Part shown: positions 1 to 12,895 of the stretch, piece after piece
How the letters are laid out: each line of letters begins with the position of its first letter
Position numbering within the stretch: the first letter of the stretch is position 1
Assembly: GCA_034780895.1 (NCBI GenBank)
Contig: JAUZTB010000042.1
Coordinates: forward strand, 13,876,174 to 13,940,173
Length of the DNA: 64,000 nt
Direction: 5' to 3'
DNA from: Rhynchobatus australiae
Taxonomy: Eukaryota
Notes under the pieces: generated by a model
Database searches by the model: none
What the model was told of the DNA's origin: nothing
What the model saw: the letters and a program-made list of their open reading frames with translations, nothing else
Program-made: the position numbers and the translations under genes

Positions 1-551
1 ATCCAGAACCGTAACTGTCTTGTTGATATCTGCGCTTTATTGCCTGGATCTGCCTCATTATCAGCTAGTTATCACTGTATTTACATTACCAATCTCCAAT
101 TGTAAAAAGACAGAATTAATCTTATCCAATCATCAAAAGATAGACCACAAGTTAGTCACCAGAAAACTTCAATTTAAATACTAAGGGTAGATTGTTTTGG
201 CTTTGGATGGAATTAATGAAATGGTGCCTGAATTTCAAATTTCTTCTAAAGTGTACACACACAATCACAAATGTAAAATCTTTTATGAATCACTTCAATC
301 AGGCAGCATAGTAGACTGTACTTGTTTCTTTTCACAATTGAGAGATTTTTGTGTTTGAGTCTTGTGGAATTTTATAAGCTCACTTGAAATGGTTTTATCA
401 CTAAAAAGCATTTTTTGTTAAACTGTCCTGTGCCAATCAGAATTAAAATGACTGAAAATGGCATTTTAAAAGTGAAGCTATACTAATTTACTGTTTACAC
501 ATTTCATTCGTGTGTGCACTAATCAATGTCATAGTAAATTAGATTATTAAA

Positions 552-912
552 GTGCTGTTGCACAGCAGTTAGTGCTGCTATCTTACAGCTCTAATGACTT
601 GGGTTCACTCCTGACCCTGGGTGCTGTCCGTGTGGGGTTTGCACATTCTCTCTGTGGCTACGTGGGTTTCTCCAGAGTGCTCTGATTTCCTCCCATATCC
701 CAATGATGTGCTGGTAGATTAATTAGCCACTGTAATTTGCTCTCTCAGTGTAGTTAAGTAGTGAAACAAATCAAAGGGGAGTTGATGGGCATGGGAGAGA
801 GAGAATAACTTGCAGGGTTACATTGAAATAAAAGGGAGAATGGGACTGATATGATTGCCCTGCTCAGAACCTGCATCTTCCCAATGGGCCAATTGGCCCT
901 CTGTGTCATAAT
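552..912 (+). mobile_element. V-SINE (HE1-like, tRNA-derived), older diverged copy
   Basis: tRNA-like head (gcacagcagttagtgctgct...gggttcactcctgacc), V-domain core gtgtggggtttgcacattctctctgtggctacgtgggtttctccagagtgctctgatttcctccca, and CR1-like tail atgggccaattggccctctgtgtc. Confidence 0.75.
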
Positions 913-1012
913 AAGCAAAAAAATAAACTTCTCTTCCATGTGTGCCTGCCGAAATTAACACAATTTAAAGAACTTTCCTGAACCAGGAAAATGAGCAAAT
1001 AAGGGTTTGAGG

Positions 1013-1101
1013 TGCAACCTGCTTAAATTCTCTTATCTTTGATTTGTCTAATTGATGTGGATTTGGACAAATCAAAGATAAGAGAATTTAAATAGGTTAC
1101 A
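1013..1101. repeat. Perfect inverted repeat/hairpin: 26-bp arms (1023-1048 and 1066-1091), 17-nt spacer
   Basis: ttaaattctcttatctttgatttgtc is the exact reverse complement of gacaaatcaaagataagagaatttaa; pairing extends imperfectly outward (tgcaacct/aggttaca). Confidence 0.95.
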
Positions 1102-1284
1102 GTTAGTCAGTGGGATTAATTAACAAAATGAATCAAAGGTTACAAAATACTGAGTTGTTTCACAGTACTTTAATGTTAACTGGTTTGATAATTATCAATT
1201 TATAGTTGAGACTAGTATGTAAGATTTAGGCTTTATTCTTTAGATAGCTGTAAAGATCAAGATAGCAAGGCTATTATTGATATT

Positions 1285-1520
1285 TAACTTGCGTTTCTAC
1301 AGTCCTTTTCATCATCTAAGGATTTTGCAAACCACTTCACAGAGAAAGAAGTATTTCTGAAGTCGTTAGAATTTCAGTATAGGGAAACTCAACAGCTTAT
1401 TTGCTCATAGCACATATCCCATTGCTATGAGATCGTCAGACAATATGTGGGCAGGAGGGATCTTTGTCTTTTCCCATGATGGGATCTTTAACATGTGATG
1501 TTAAGTTCCCACATGAGAAG
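1285..1520 (-). mobile_element. Degenerate DeuSINE (SacSINE1-like) fragment
   Basis: aacttgcgtttctacagtccttttcat...cacttcacag...gaagtatttctgaagt...gggatctttaacat resembles the copies at 9030, 13335 and 25960. Confidence 0.45.
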
Positions 1521-2156
1521 CACTAGTACCATTTAATTACTGGTATATATCTAATTGGTATCCCATTTACTTTATCTGTCTTTGTCGTTCATCAGAGGAA
1601 CCCAGAATTCCAGCCAGTCTTCCCATTGATTTAGCCGGGCTTTAATCATGCTTGCACTAAGTGTATATAATGATTGTAATCAGTACTTGTTACAAATACC
1701 ACAAAAGTAATTCCAATGCTTATTTATTCAAAAGACCATTCCTTGCAAAAACAGCATCAAAATACTAATTATCAATGCATCAGTAGTTATGACAATATTA
1801 TACAAATAATGTTATTAAACCCTTGAACATTTAAAAATCATACTTTAATATTCCAATAATATCCCTTTGTTTCTGAAATTTCTACACTGTGTACACTGGA
1901 CTGAGGATTTTCCTTGACTAATTTTCAACAACAGCAGATATTGATAAAAATAATTTAATCCATCTTCTACAGTGATGGCTGCTGGTTTGAAAAGAACTAT
2001 CTGGTCAGGAAGTTACCTCACTAGTTAGTTACTTACTCTTCAACAAGGACTGAATTTTGCCCTCTTACAGGTTTAGCACATACTTGCAGCTTGAATCTCC
2101 AGAAATGAGCTGAAGGTACAGAAACAGTCTTAACAGCCAACTTTTTTAAAAATTTT

Positions 2157-2394
2157 ACTTTATTTACAGCGTGGTAACAGGCCCTTCCGGCCCAATGAGT
2201 CCACGCCGCCCATTTTAAACCCCAAATTATCCTACCCATACGTCTTTGAAATGTGGGAGGAAACTGGAGCACCCGGAGGAAACCCACGCAGACACGGGAG
2301 AATGTACAAGCTTCTTACAGGCAGCGGCAGGAATCGAACCCAGGTCGCTGGTGTTGTAATAGTGTTGTGCTAGCCACTATGCTACCGTGCCACC
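2157..2394 (-). mobile_element. Young full-length V-SINE (tRNA-derived)
   Basis: Minus strand reads ggtggcacggtagcatagtggctagc (A box)...gggttcgattcc (B box), V core gtctgcgtgggtttcctccgggtgctccagtttcctccca, tail gggccggaagggcctgttaccacgctgtaaataaa; highly similar to 10971-11208. Confidence 0.9.
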
Positions 2395-3014
2395 CTTGAT
2401 ATTACTGCTACAAATATTTGCAGTTGTTATCAGTGAAAACCTTTATTTCTGTGTTCATCTCTATTTTACAATGTACTTCTACCCAGTCTAAATTCTTATT
2501 GTTGCATTTGCTTCTCAAATTTAAAGTTTCCTGAATTGTGTTTGTGAAGACAGATTGAACCATTGACAATTGAAACTGCAATGAAATCACTATTCTTCTC
2601 TTTACAAAATAAATAAACTAATTAGTTTAGACTGCTTTATGGCAGTAATCTTAAAAAGATGATGTCACTGGCACTTGTGGGCATATTGTGCAATAAAGAT
2701 TTAGTATTGTGATTACCTGATGACGTTTGTCTAATAGTTCATGTTCTTTATCCAATTATAAGTGGCACTGCAGCTTTATCAGTCTAAATATCAGCAGATT
2801 TATCCTCCCCAAAATCAATAGGGATTCCAGTCATTGCATTGCTGTAAATGGCAGTGGGTCATTTCACAGTAAGTGTTTCTGAACTGCATCTTGGAAGGGA
2901 TAGAATGTGAGGTGAATGCTGTGGAGTGTTGATATTTGTTTTCACTCTTCAGCATGTTGAAAGGAACAAATGAGGGGGAAAGCTGTTGAGGATGGAGAAT
3001 CAATGCTGGTCTTG

Positions 3015-3538
3015 TGTATCATGATCAAAGACCCCACCCACCCAGGTCATTCTGTCTTCTCTCCTCTTTCATCGGGTAGAAGATACAGGAGCCTGAGGGC
3101 ATGTACCACCAGACTTAAGGACAGTTTCTACCCCACTGTGATAACACTATTGAACGGTTCCCTTATACAATGAGATGGACTGTGACCTCACGATCTACCT
3201 TATTGTGACCTTGCACCTTATTGCACTGCANNNNNNNNNNNNNNNNNNNNNNNNNNNNNNNNNNNNNNNNNNNNNNNNNNNNNNNNNNNNNNNNNNNNNN
3301 NNNNNNNNNNNNNNNNNNNNNNNNNNNNNNGACCTTGCACCTTATTGCACTGCACTTTCTCTGTAGCTGTGACACTTTACTCTGTAATGTTATTGTTTTT
3401 ATCTGTACTACATCAATGCACTCTGTACTAAACTCAATGTAACTGCACTGTGTAATGAAATGACCTGTACGATTGGTATGCAAGACAAGCTTTTCACTGT
3501 ACCTTGGTACAAGTGACAATAATAAACCAATACCAATA
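3015..3538 (+). mobile_element. Rex1/Babar-type LINE 3' end (ORF2 C-terminus plus 3'UTR), spanning a gap
   Basis: Translation IMIKDPTHPGHSVFSPLSSGRRYRSLRACTTRLKDSFYPTVITLLN is the typical Rex1/Babar C-terminus; UTR ends aataataaaccaataccaata. Confidence 0.8.
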
Positions 3539-3657
3539 TACTGTGTAATGAAATGATTGGCAAGTGAAACATAATTTCATTATAAACCTGTAAACAGTCA
3601 CTTTGCTAACTACTTAGTTTGGATTCCTCTATGTGCTTTTATCCATAGGATTTGCAG

Positions 3658-3992
3658 AATCAGGATCAGGTTTATTGTCACTGACTTGTATGTCATGAAG
3701 TTTGTTGTTTTGCAGCAGCAGTACAGTGCAAAGGCATAAAATTACTATAAATTACAAAGTAAATAGTGCAAAAAAAAAGCAATAATGAGGTGGTGTTCAT
3801 GGATCGTTCAGAAATCTGATGGCGGGGGGAAGAAGCTGAGTGTGGGTCTTCAGGCTCCTGTACCTCCTCCCCAATGGTGGTAACATGAAGAGGGCATGTC
3901 CCGGATGGTGAAGGTCCTTAGTGATGGATGCCACTTTCTTGAGGCACCATCTCTTGAAGATGTCCTTGATGGCAGGGAGAGTTGTGCCTATT
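3658..3992 (-). mobile_element. Second Rex1/Babar-type LINE 3' end, tail-to-tail with the previous copy
   Basis: Minus strand reads GTTLPAIKDIFKRWCLKKVASITKDLHHPGHALFMLPPLGRRYRSLKTHT; ends gtgacaataaacctgatcctgat. Confidence 0.8.
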
Positions 3993-6900
3993 ATCAGAGC
4001 TTACCCAATGATGCTGGCCCTGACAATTATAATCAGTCATTGGCTACTATATTACTTAGGCACAAATCATGCTGTACTCAATTTCCAAGTAGGATGGACT
4101 CCAAAACCCAGGCCATTTATCCCACAAACTGATTCTTGTATCCAGGGAACAATATCTGTAAATCCTTGATGTGTTCCCAATATTAAGGAGGACATTTCAA
4201 CAAAGTCATCAAGTATGTTATACAAAGATTCAATCAGACCAGATAGCACTCAAGATATCCCAAAATGTAGTGCACCCAAAAAGGAACATCCTTTAATGGA
4301 GTCAGAGGTTATCTTGAAATGCTGTCATAACATCAAGCTACTTGTTAATATTAGAGAGCTGGGTCAAGCTAACTAACCTGTCTCCCTTCATTCAGGAAAT
4401 CTGAAAGGTACTTTACTCAAAATATTTGGTAGTTTTTGTTCAAGAATTTCCTTCAACAGATAATCATTCCTTCTCCTGTTGTTGTTGCAGAATCTATCTA
4501 GGGTCACAAATGGCTCTGGTATTATGACTGTGGGACATGCTCATTAATGCAAACCTGAAAGTTTCCTTGTAACAAGTTCTTTGCGAGTTGCTTATGAACA
4601 CCGTTGACTCATGCAGTGAAATCAGGAGTTCAAGCATTGAGAGAAATTTCCTTTGTGTCAGGATTAGATTCAGTCTTTCAGAATGTTCTGCTTTGTCAAA
4701 GATTTGAGTGAAGGATTCAAACATAAAGTTCAACATATTTTTCAACCATATTGCTAAAGGTCAGATCGTTCATTAAATCAAAGCATTCTTTGACATGGGC
4801 ATGTTCCAAATTGATCGCCAATTTATTTTACCTTTAAGCTTCCATGAAATTCCGTGGTTGCTTTAATGGTACTTTGATGAATTTTTTAAGTTCCTACCTC
4901 TCTAAAACTTGGTTTCTCAGTCATCTTTATTCTTGGCATCAAGTTGTGACCTATTGACTGTGAGGATGGAATTACAATCTAGCAGAAATTCGCAACTGAA
5001 TATTTGCCATTAGAATTCAAATTTTGTTAATCACTGGACTGGGACTCGTATTTGTGAAGTTTGCCCTGACAGTTAGATGATCACCCTTGGAATATCTCAG
5101 TTGTGCATTATCACTGAGTGCGTCATGTGTGCTAACAAAGATCGGTACAGGCTCCTGCTTCCTTTATCATTAGCTCGCCTTTGTTGAAATTGAAGAGGAA
5201 TTATTGCAATGTTAATCTTGTGTGGTTTGACCCCAATTTGTGCCCCTAAGACTGCCATAAGCTTGCTTTTGCCTGATTCAGGTGCAGAATTCAGTCAATA
5301 CTTTGCAGAGTAGCAAATTAAAACTTGGCCACACTGATTAGACTGCAGCTACAGTACAGTTGGCTGTTCTAGGCACCACCCATTGTGAAGAATACAGCAG
5401 GGAAGGCAGAGCAGTGTAGCTTTACCATATGGTCTTCAAGGGTTAAAGTATACATAAAAGCTATAACGTAGACCGAGGATGAACTCAGTGGAATTGTGAA
5501 TGTGATGATTGCCAGCATGTGCTACTCTAGGTAACATAGGTTCTAATTGTACAACAGTCCAAAAAACTGTGCTAATGGATTTAATTTGTACACTTAGATT
5601 TTTCCCACTTATGAGTGAAGAGGACATTGGCCAAATCTAAATTTCCAGTTGGTCTCTTTATCTCTGTCCACCAACTGAAGGAACTTTTGTTTGTGTGCCA
5701 GTTATGAAGGCCTGTCAAAGCTTTGGGAAAACAACATCTGGATGAAGCTCCAAACTCTGCTCTGAAATAGAACAGAGGACTGACTGTATTAATAATAACA
5801 GGTTGCAGTGATACAAATGAGTAATGGGAGCAATACTCTGCGTTTCCTCTCAACACCAAGGCTTTCAGATTGTCAGACTTCTCTGTATGTGTCTTGGTTT
5901 TATTGCTTTATGGTCTTATTGCCCTTGGTGAATATTTTAGTTGATTAAATGATGAGGAGGGGGAAAGAGATGATTAGTGTGAGATACAGAGCACATTCCA
6001 AATTGGTTAACCAATGTTACCTAGTTAAGTTAGATAAAAAAAACACTTACCTGCTCTATCTCAGGTGTCCCGCCATTAAAATATGCTCTGTCCTTGTGAC
6101 AGTCACATTTGCTGCTGTGCTAGGTTAAGGTGCTAACTTCGTGAAGCCATGTGTACAATTAAAGCAAGTTGGTGACTCCTATAAGATATTGTTAGCATCA
6201 CTAGAAAAAGCTAGGTTTCTATTTAGCCGGCACATCCAGCTGTCTCATACATCACTGTTGTAAAGTATCCGTGCATCCCACACTGACCACTGTACTTGAA
6301 ATTTGGATAAATCTAGATTTGTCGATTACTGTATGCAAAGTCGCATGCAGATATCACTTACTTTACAGTTTCATTCTCAGCCTTTTTGTAACACTGAATA
6401 TTAGATAAAAAGAAAACAGCCTGTTATCTTGGAAGCAGATTTTTCATCTATTTGACTTAATGTCACAAGTTTCCTAGTAAATTTATCAGGACTTGAAGGA
6501 AGTTTGGATCAGAAAAAGGTGCAATTGTGTTATAGGCCTATATTTTTCATTTACTAATTTGGGTGTGTGTGATGGATGAATTCACTATATAGTGTCATTA
6601 ATTCAGTCCTCCAATGGAAAGATGGTTCCACTAGAGCATGAAATCAGCTACAAAAGGCCAGTTTAACTCTTCATACAAGGAACTTCAGAATAATTGCTTA
6701 CAGATTTTGAAGATGGATAAGCTCATTTTATTAACAAGCAATGAAAACAAAATCAACAGCTTTAGGTTTGTATGGGAAGTTTATAAATTTAAAAGCAAAT
6801 ATGTAGGTGGCTTGTGACTGTCCCTCAGGAAGTTAACTGCAAGTTCTGCAGTCAAAATTCAAGGGCATAGAAGAGCAAGTGATTTTCCTGTCTTGTTACA

Positions 6901-8689
6901 AGGGTGTAGGAAGTCATTGCATCAACTTCCAGATGCTTAATGTCAACAAATTGCAACACTAATTGGTTTAAGATTGCATTGTCAATGGCTTGATTAAAGA
7001 AGCCTATTGTGCACTCCTGTTTCTTTTGATTTTAACATTTATTTTCCTTTTGCTGGGGACAGCTGCATACAGTATGTTGATAATTTTAGAGAGCTTTGAT
7101 GAAGGTTTCTCAAATTCACACAGACTATTTTCTTTTTGTATTGTTTGAATTGTTGCCTGATTGAGTAGCAGAGATTCCTCTGCACAGTGGGAGCTCCTAA
7201 ATCGAATTTGTAACATCGCATTTTGGAACTTGTATCTGATTCTTTTTGAATTCTTTACCTTTTGGGGGTTTTGAATATGTTGTCANNNNNNNNNNNNNNN
7301 NNNNNNNNNNNNNNNNNNNNNNNNNNNNNNNNNNNNNNNNNNNNNNNNNNNNNNNNNNNNNNNNNNNNNNNNNNNNNNNNNNNNNGGGGTTTTGAATATG
7401 TTGTCATTGAAAGATCTGAGCTGCAGCAATAGCTCAGAAAAAAAACATTGTTCCCTTTTCAAGCATTATTGATAGAGACCCCCTCATGCTACTTGCTACT
7501 GTCTTTGTTTCCTATACCAGGCAGTGGATATGGATTTATTTTTTTTTCTGGAGGTTGTTCTGGTCAATTGCTATGCATAATGTCCAAAGAACAGAGACAG
7601 GAGAGAAAATGTTTCCTTTGAATCAAGTGATCTTTGTTTTTTAGTATGGGTTAATCTGAGCCAAGTTTCCCAGGGCCTTTGACTTTAGCATACGGATGGG
7701 TTGGTAGGGGGTTGAAAGAGAACAGCATAAAAACTGAATGTCACAACACCAGGACAGCAGAGCTATGTTGTGGTGTGAATGCACATCACAGGGCTAGTTA
7801 GCTTTCCAAATAGAAAGTATTCAATGATGATCTCTGATTTTATTTTCATTTGATTATGTTTTTTCATTTGGAAGCCTGCTTTGTCACAGAGACTTGAGAA
7901 TATGAATTTAGGATTTTGTGAATCTTGGACTTGGGACATTGCACAAAAGTACAATATTATACACTGCAGGCTCTCTTATTTGGTTATGTTGTGCCCATTA
8001 GATTTGAATTTGAATGGCTATTTCAGTTTAGAAAAGTAGTTTTTGTACGTAAACTGAAATAACATTGAAAATCTGAGTCATTAAAACAATCTGTTTCGTT
8101 GAGGCATAAAGCTGGGAAAGATTCCACTTTTGGAATTTGCTGAATTAGTTGATCTCATCACGGTGGCAGTAGGATTGGTGGCCATGTAGCCTCAGGACAG
8201 CTGGAGACAAAGGAAAATCACTTGTGGTTCCTGTTCCCAATTACTATCTGAATGACCACTCTCGAAGGAAGCAATGATGGGTGAGGAGGTTTGTCCACAC
8301 TCACTATCAAGGCTCAGATGTAAATTGCTACCTTTTTGGGTATGGCACTGGAGGACAATCAGCAGAAATAAAACTATGCTGCAGCAAAGAAAAACCAAGT
8401 GTAAACTACTGCTCGATGAAAATTGCATGGGGAGGATCACAATCACCAAGAAGCTTGTCTAACTCTCAGTAGAAGGGGATTATGGGGCTTAAGAGGGTGC
8501 AAAATAAAAGAAAAACATCCAGTGATTATAAGCCATTCCTACTGGAAATGTACTGTGGATGAGTGGATGAATAATCAAGAGAGTCCAAGTTTGGAACACG
8601 TTGAGCTGTTCAGAGAATTTCAGTTCATTTAATATGACAATAAACTGGAACTAAGGCCCATTCCATGAAATTAACCATAAATTGTCAGA

Positions 8690-8890
8690 TTGTTGTAGAC
8701 ATAACTGGTTAACGATTGTTCTTCAATGAAAAATATCTGAAGTCCTTCTTAATCTATTCAGTGTGACTCCACACCAATTTGGTTGAATCTGAAGTCCCCG
8801 AGCAAGCAACTAAGGTGCATTGGAGAAGTTGGATGTGAGCAGTGCATGCTGCAGTTGCCAGTGATGTCCACACTCTGGGAATGAAGAAAA
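8690..8890 (+). mobile_element. Degenerate SINE/LINE 3' tail (same family as 55165-55508)
   Basis: gtgtgactccacaccaatttggttgaatct...tgccagtgatgtccacactctgggaatgaagaaaa parallels the end of the 55.2-55.5 kb copy. Confidence 0.45.
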
Positions 8891-9029
8891 TCTACACATT
8901 ACTGAAATTTGCAAAAGCCAGATTCTTTATTGGTTTGGTCAAAAAAAAGTTCTCAAAATATACATTTTCAGTAAGTGAAAGCAACTTGCAGAAAGTTAAC
9001 CATTTCAAAGAAAAATCGATTAGAATCTC

Positions 9030-9418
9030 ATAACATTCCAAAGAATTTATTCACCATTATTTTTGTTTCATAATGTAGAAAATGGAAATGACACTTTAGG
9101 CAGAGCTAACATTCATAACCAGCAATCTGATGATTCATTTTTATTTATGTTGGAAGGATAAATATTGGCCTGAACACTGGGAAGAAACTCCCCTGCTCTT
9201 CTTTGAAATAGCACCATGACATCTATTGTCCATTTAGAAAAAGTAGACAAGGTTTTGAATTAATGTTTCATCTGGAAAGTGGCATCTCTGATTCTGCAGT
9301 GGTTGCTCAGCATTGCACCAAGTATAAACCTGGACTCCGCACTCAAGTCCCTGTAAGGAGACTTAAACCCAAAGAGTATGTGTCTCGGAGATGAAAGTGC
9401 TACCATTTAGCCAAGGCA
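9030..9418 (-). mobile_element. DeuSINE (SacSINE1-like), near full length
   Basis: Deu-domain-like ggataaatattggcctgaacactgggaagaaactcccctgctcttctttgaaatagcaccatg...aatgtttcatctggaaagtggcatctctga and a tRNA-like head (gacttaaaccca...gaaagtgctaccatttagccaaggc). Confidence 0.7.
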
Positions 9419-9559
9419 CTACTGTTGTACTAAATGAAATAGATTCAGAACTGATCCAACAGCTGCAAATTAGACATCCACAGGAAGTCGTGGGTCATCT
9501 GCAGTAGAATTATATTCCACAACAATCCGTTATGTCACGGCCCAGTATATTTCTAACTT

Positions 9560-10760
9560 TACGATTTCCATCAAGTCAGAGGACTAGCCCTGGCTCAAAG
9601 AGGAATGTGAAAGTGCAGGTTGGCAGCAGCATGAGGCATGAAAAGAAGTGAGGCGCTATTCTGGTGAAGCTAAAGCAAAGAACAATGATTATGATAAATG
9701 TTGGAATCAGCTTGCTATGGACAGCTAATTGATCCCAGACCCAACAGATCAGATGAAAATACTGCAGTCTTGCCACATTCGGTTGTGGACAATTAAATTG
9801 CTAGTGGAGGAGGAGAGGAGGCTGCTTGAACAATCCTGGCTTGAAAGTGCTGAAATCAAGGCTGAGGTATTTGCAACCATCTTNNNNNNNNNNTTCAGCC
9901 AGAAGTGCTGAAAGGTGATCTATCCCAGCCTCCTCCTGTGGTCCCCACCATCACAGAAGCTAGTCTTCAGTCAGTTTAATTCAGTCCATATGCATATAGT
10001 AAAGGCTAATGGGGCCTGCAACAATTTGGCTGTAATCTTGTGTTCCAGATCCAGCTGCACCTCTTGGCTGAACTGTTTCAGTACAGATCTAACACTGGCA
10101 TTCTGCTGACAAAATGAAAAATTGCCCTGGTATGTCCTGTCCACAAAAAGTAGAACAAATAAAATCCAACCTATTGTCATCCATCAGTCTGTTTTCATTA
10201 AAATAATGGAAGGTGTTGTCAACAGTGCTACCAAGTAGCACTTACTCACCACTAACTTGCTCGCTGGCGTTCAATTTGTATCCTTCAAGAGCATTCAGCT
10301 CCAGACCTCATTGCAGCTTGGTTCAAGTGTAAGTAAAAGAGTTGAATTTTAGAGGTGGGGTGAAAGTGACTGTCCTTAGCATCAAAGCACCATTTGATGT
10401 TGAGTGTAATGTCAAGAAACCTGAGCGTAACCAGAAAATCAGTTGGAAAAACTCTACCAGCTAGAGTCATATCTAGAACAAAGGCAATTGGTTTGTGGCT
10501 TTTTTAGGCCAATCATCTCAAGTCAGGAAAATCACTGCAGGAGCTCTTTATGTGAGGTCCTGGCTCTCGCTATCTTCAGCTGCTTGATCACTGATCTCTC
10601 CTCCGTGAGTGGGGGCATTCACTACTAAATGCGCAATGTTCAGTTCCATTTGCAACCTCTCAGGAAATGAGGCACATGCAGCAAGAACTGGAAAACATTT
10701 AAGCGTGGGCTTGAAAGGCAAATAGTACTCCCAGTGGAGAGAAGAGAATAGAAAAAAAGG
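9560..10760 (+). mobile_element. Highly degenerate CR1/L2-group LINE ORF2 fragments
   Basis: RT-like remnant ITAG...VLALAIFSCLITDLSS (cf. GVPQGSVLGPTIFSCFINDLP) near 10530-10620; frameshifted and partly out of order. Confidence 0.45.
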
Positions 10761-10970
10761 GCGGTAGGAAACAAACAAGCTGAACCAATATCACTTATGG
10801 ATGATTGATGCAGACAGAGGAATTAAGTTGCCGTTTCTGTTTGTTCTGGAAGTGGAGGACATGCCCAGCCTGACCTGCCGGGTCTGCATTTCACAACTCC
10901 TACATTCTTTTGTCTCTGCTCTCACTCTCTAACTGCTCCCATTCACCATGGACCAGATAACCTCGTTTTA

Positions 10971-11208
10971 CACGGTAGCATAGCAGTTAGCGCAATGCTA
11001 TTACAGCGCCAGCGATCGGGGTCCGAGTCCCATCGCTGTCTGTAAGGAGTTTGTACATTCTCCCGTGTCTGTATGGGTTTCCTCCGGGTGCTCTGGTTTC
11101 CACCCACCTTCTAAAGACGTACGGGTAGGTTAATTTGGGGTTTAAAATGGGTGGCGCGGACTTGTTGGGCCAGAAGGGCCTGTTACCACGCTGCAAATAA
11201 ATAAAAAA
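10971..11208 (+). mobile_element. Young V-SINE
   Basis: cacggtagcatagcagttagcgcaatgctattacagcgccagcga head, V core, tail gggccagaagggcctgttaccacgctgcaaataaataaaaaa. Confidence 0.9.
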
Positions 11209-11977
11209 TTATATCAATTGCATCAATACAACCCATATATAAGTGAAAATAACTAAGAGAATTGCCACCATGGGTTCAAACCAGTAGTGATTGCTGTGTT
11301 GACAACCGGGAGATCATCTGCAAATACCTTTACCATAGAATAGTACTGGTGGAGGCAGGCAAACAACTCTATGTCTCCTTCCAACATAATGAAAGGATCT
11401 TATGCAGAACTGGTCACATCATTAGCCACACATACTGTATACCAAAACTGCAATTGATGAATTGTTCAATGTGACTAACATCTTCATATTTCTTTAAAGC
11501 TGCTCAAAGAAATTCATTGCTAAGATGCATTTTGCCCTGGGGAAATGCATTGTTCTTGCACTCCATTGTTAATGGCAGAAACCAAACACAAGAAGGTGCA
11601 AGGGCAGGGTTTGCATAAAGTATCATTAAGTTTTACTGAGTTCCAAGTCTCTAGGAAATCCAAGATTATAAGGTGACTCTACTGCCAGTCATGCAAACAT
11701 TCAGAACACTGTAAAACTGCATTGTTGCTTTGCGAATGTAACCATTTCTCAGGGCACACAATCTGTGAATCCATACCTGAAACATAAACACGCGGAGATA
11801 ACTGACGAGAGGCATTTCTTTGGTAACTTTCCTCAAGTCTTTTACCTCTCTATACATTAGTATGAAGGTTCTCTGGGTGATGCTGCAATTATATTGTCAG
11901 TCAGGTCTAATCAAATATGTAGGAAACCTCTCCTCAGAGAAATATATCTCATGGTGCTAACCAGGCTACTTAAAAGC

Positions 11978-12717
11978 ATAAGAATATGAAAAAAAAACAG
12001 AAGCAGGTCAATTGGTCCACTGAGCCTATGCCACTATTTAGTAAAATTGTGGCTAATCCAAACTTGGCTTCAAAATATAGAAACATAGAAAACAGGAACA
12101 GGAATAGACCACATCGCCCTTTAGGCCTACTCTGTCATGCAATACAATCACAGCTAATCCTCTGTCTCAATAACATTCTCCTGCTCTCTCCCCATACCGT
12201 ATGAAGTCTTTTGTGTTTGATCCACTGATTCCTGTGGAACATCACTAATCATCGCCTGCCACCCTGAGCGAGTCTTTTGTCCCACCTCTGTGTAGTTCAA
12301 ATATCTTTCTATCTCCACCTTGAATGTATTCAGTGACTCTGCCTACACAGCTTTCTTGGGTAGAGAATTCCATAAAGTCATTATCTCTCAGAGAAAAACT
12401 TACTCCTCACGTCCATCAAAAATAAGTAATCTGTCATTCTGCACAGACGTCTGTGCCCCCCCACACCCCCTCCCCCAGTTCTAGATAGTCCCACTCAAGG
12501 AAACACTGTCTCAGCATCCATCCTGACAATCTCCCTCAATCTTAAAAACTTTGTTGAGTAGAAGCACAGCCTGATTAACCTTTTATCATATGGCAACCCC
12601 TTCATTCGAGGAAGCAACTGAGGGAAACTTCTCTGCACCTTCCTTAAATACGTAAACCAAAACTGTACTCCAGGTGTGGTCTTAACAGCACCCTGTAAAG
12701 TTGCATTAAAACCTCCT
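11978..12717 (-). mobile_element. CR1 LINE 3' end, with a second CR1 tail nested at ~12076-12215
   Basis: Two cataagaa/catagaaa-type tail starts; antisense CR1 C-terminal signatures (ccttgaatgtattcagtgact, ggtagagaattcca, ccaaaactgtactccaggtgtggtct). Confidence 0.7.
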
Positions 12718-12817
12718 NNNNNNNNNNNNNNNNNNNNNNNNNNNNNNNNNNNNNNNNNNNNNNNNNNNNNNNNNNNNNNNNNNNNNNNNNNNNNNNNNNN
12801 NNNNNNNNNNNNNNNNN

Positions 12818-12895
12818 GGGGTTTAAAATGGGCAGCGCGGACTCGTTGGGCCGGAAGGGCCTGTTACCACGCTGTAAATAAAATTTAATAAAAAT
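12818..12895 (+). mobile_element. 3' tail of young V-SINE (body lost in the gap)
   Basis: gggtttaaaatgggcagcgcggactcgttgggccggaagggcctgttaccacgctgtaaataaa, nearly identical to the tails at 2157 and ~11140. Confidence 0.85.

Noticed and set aside
2300-2394. tRNA genes at SINE heads (also 10971, 22291, 55985)
   Set aside because: A/B boxes are present but run directly into the V-SINE core; these are SINE heads rather than tRNA genes
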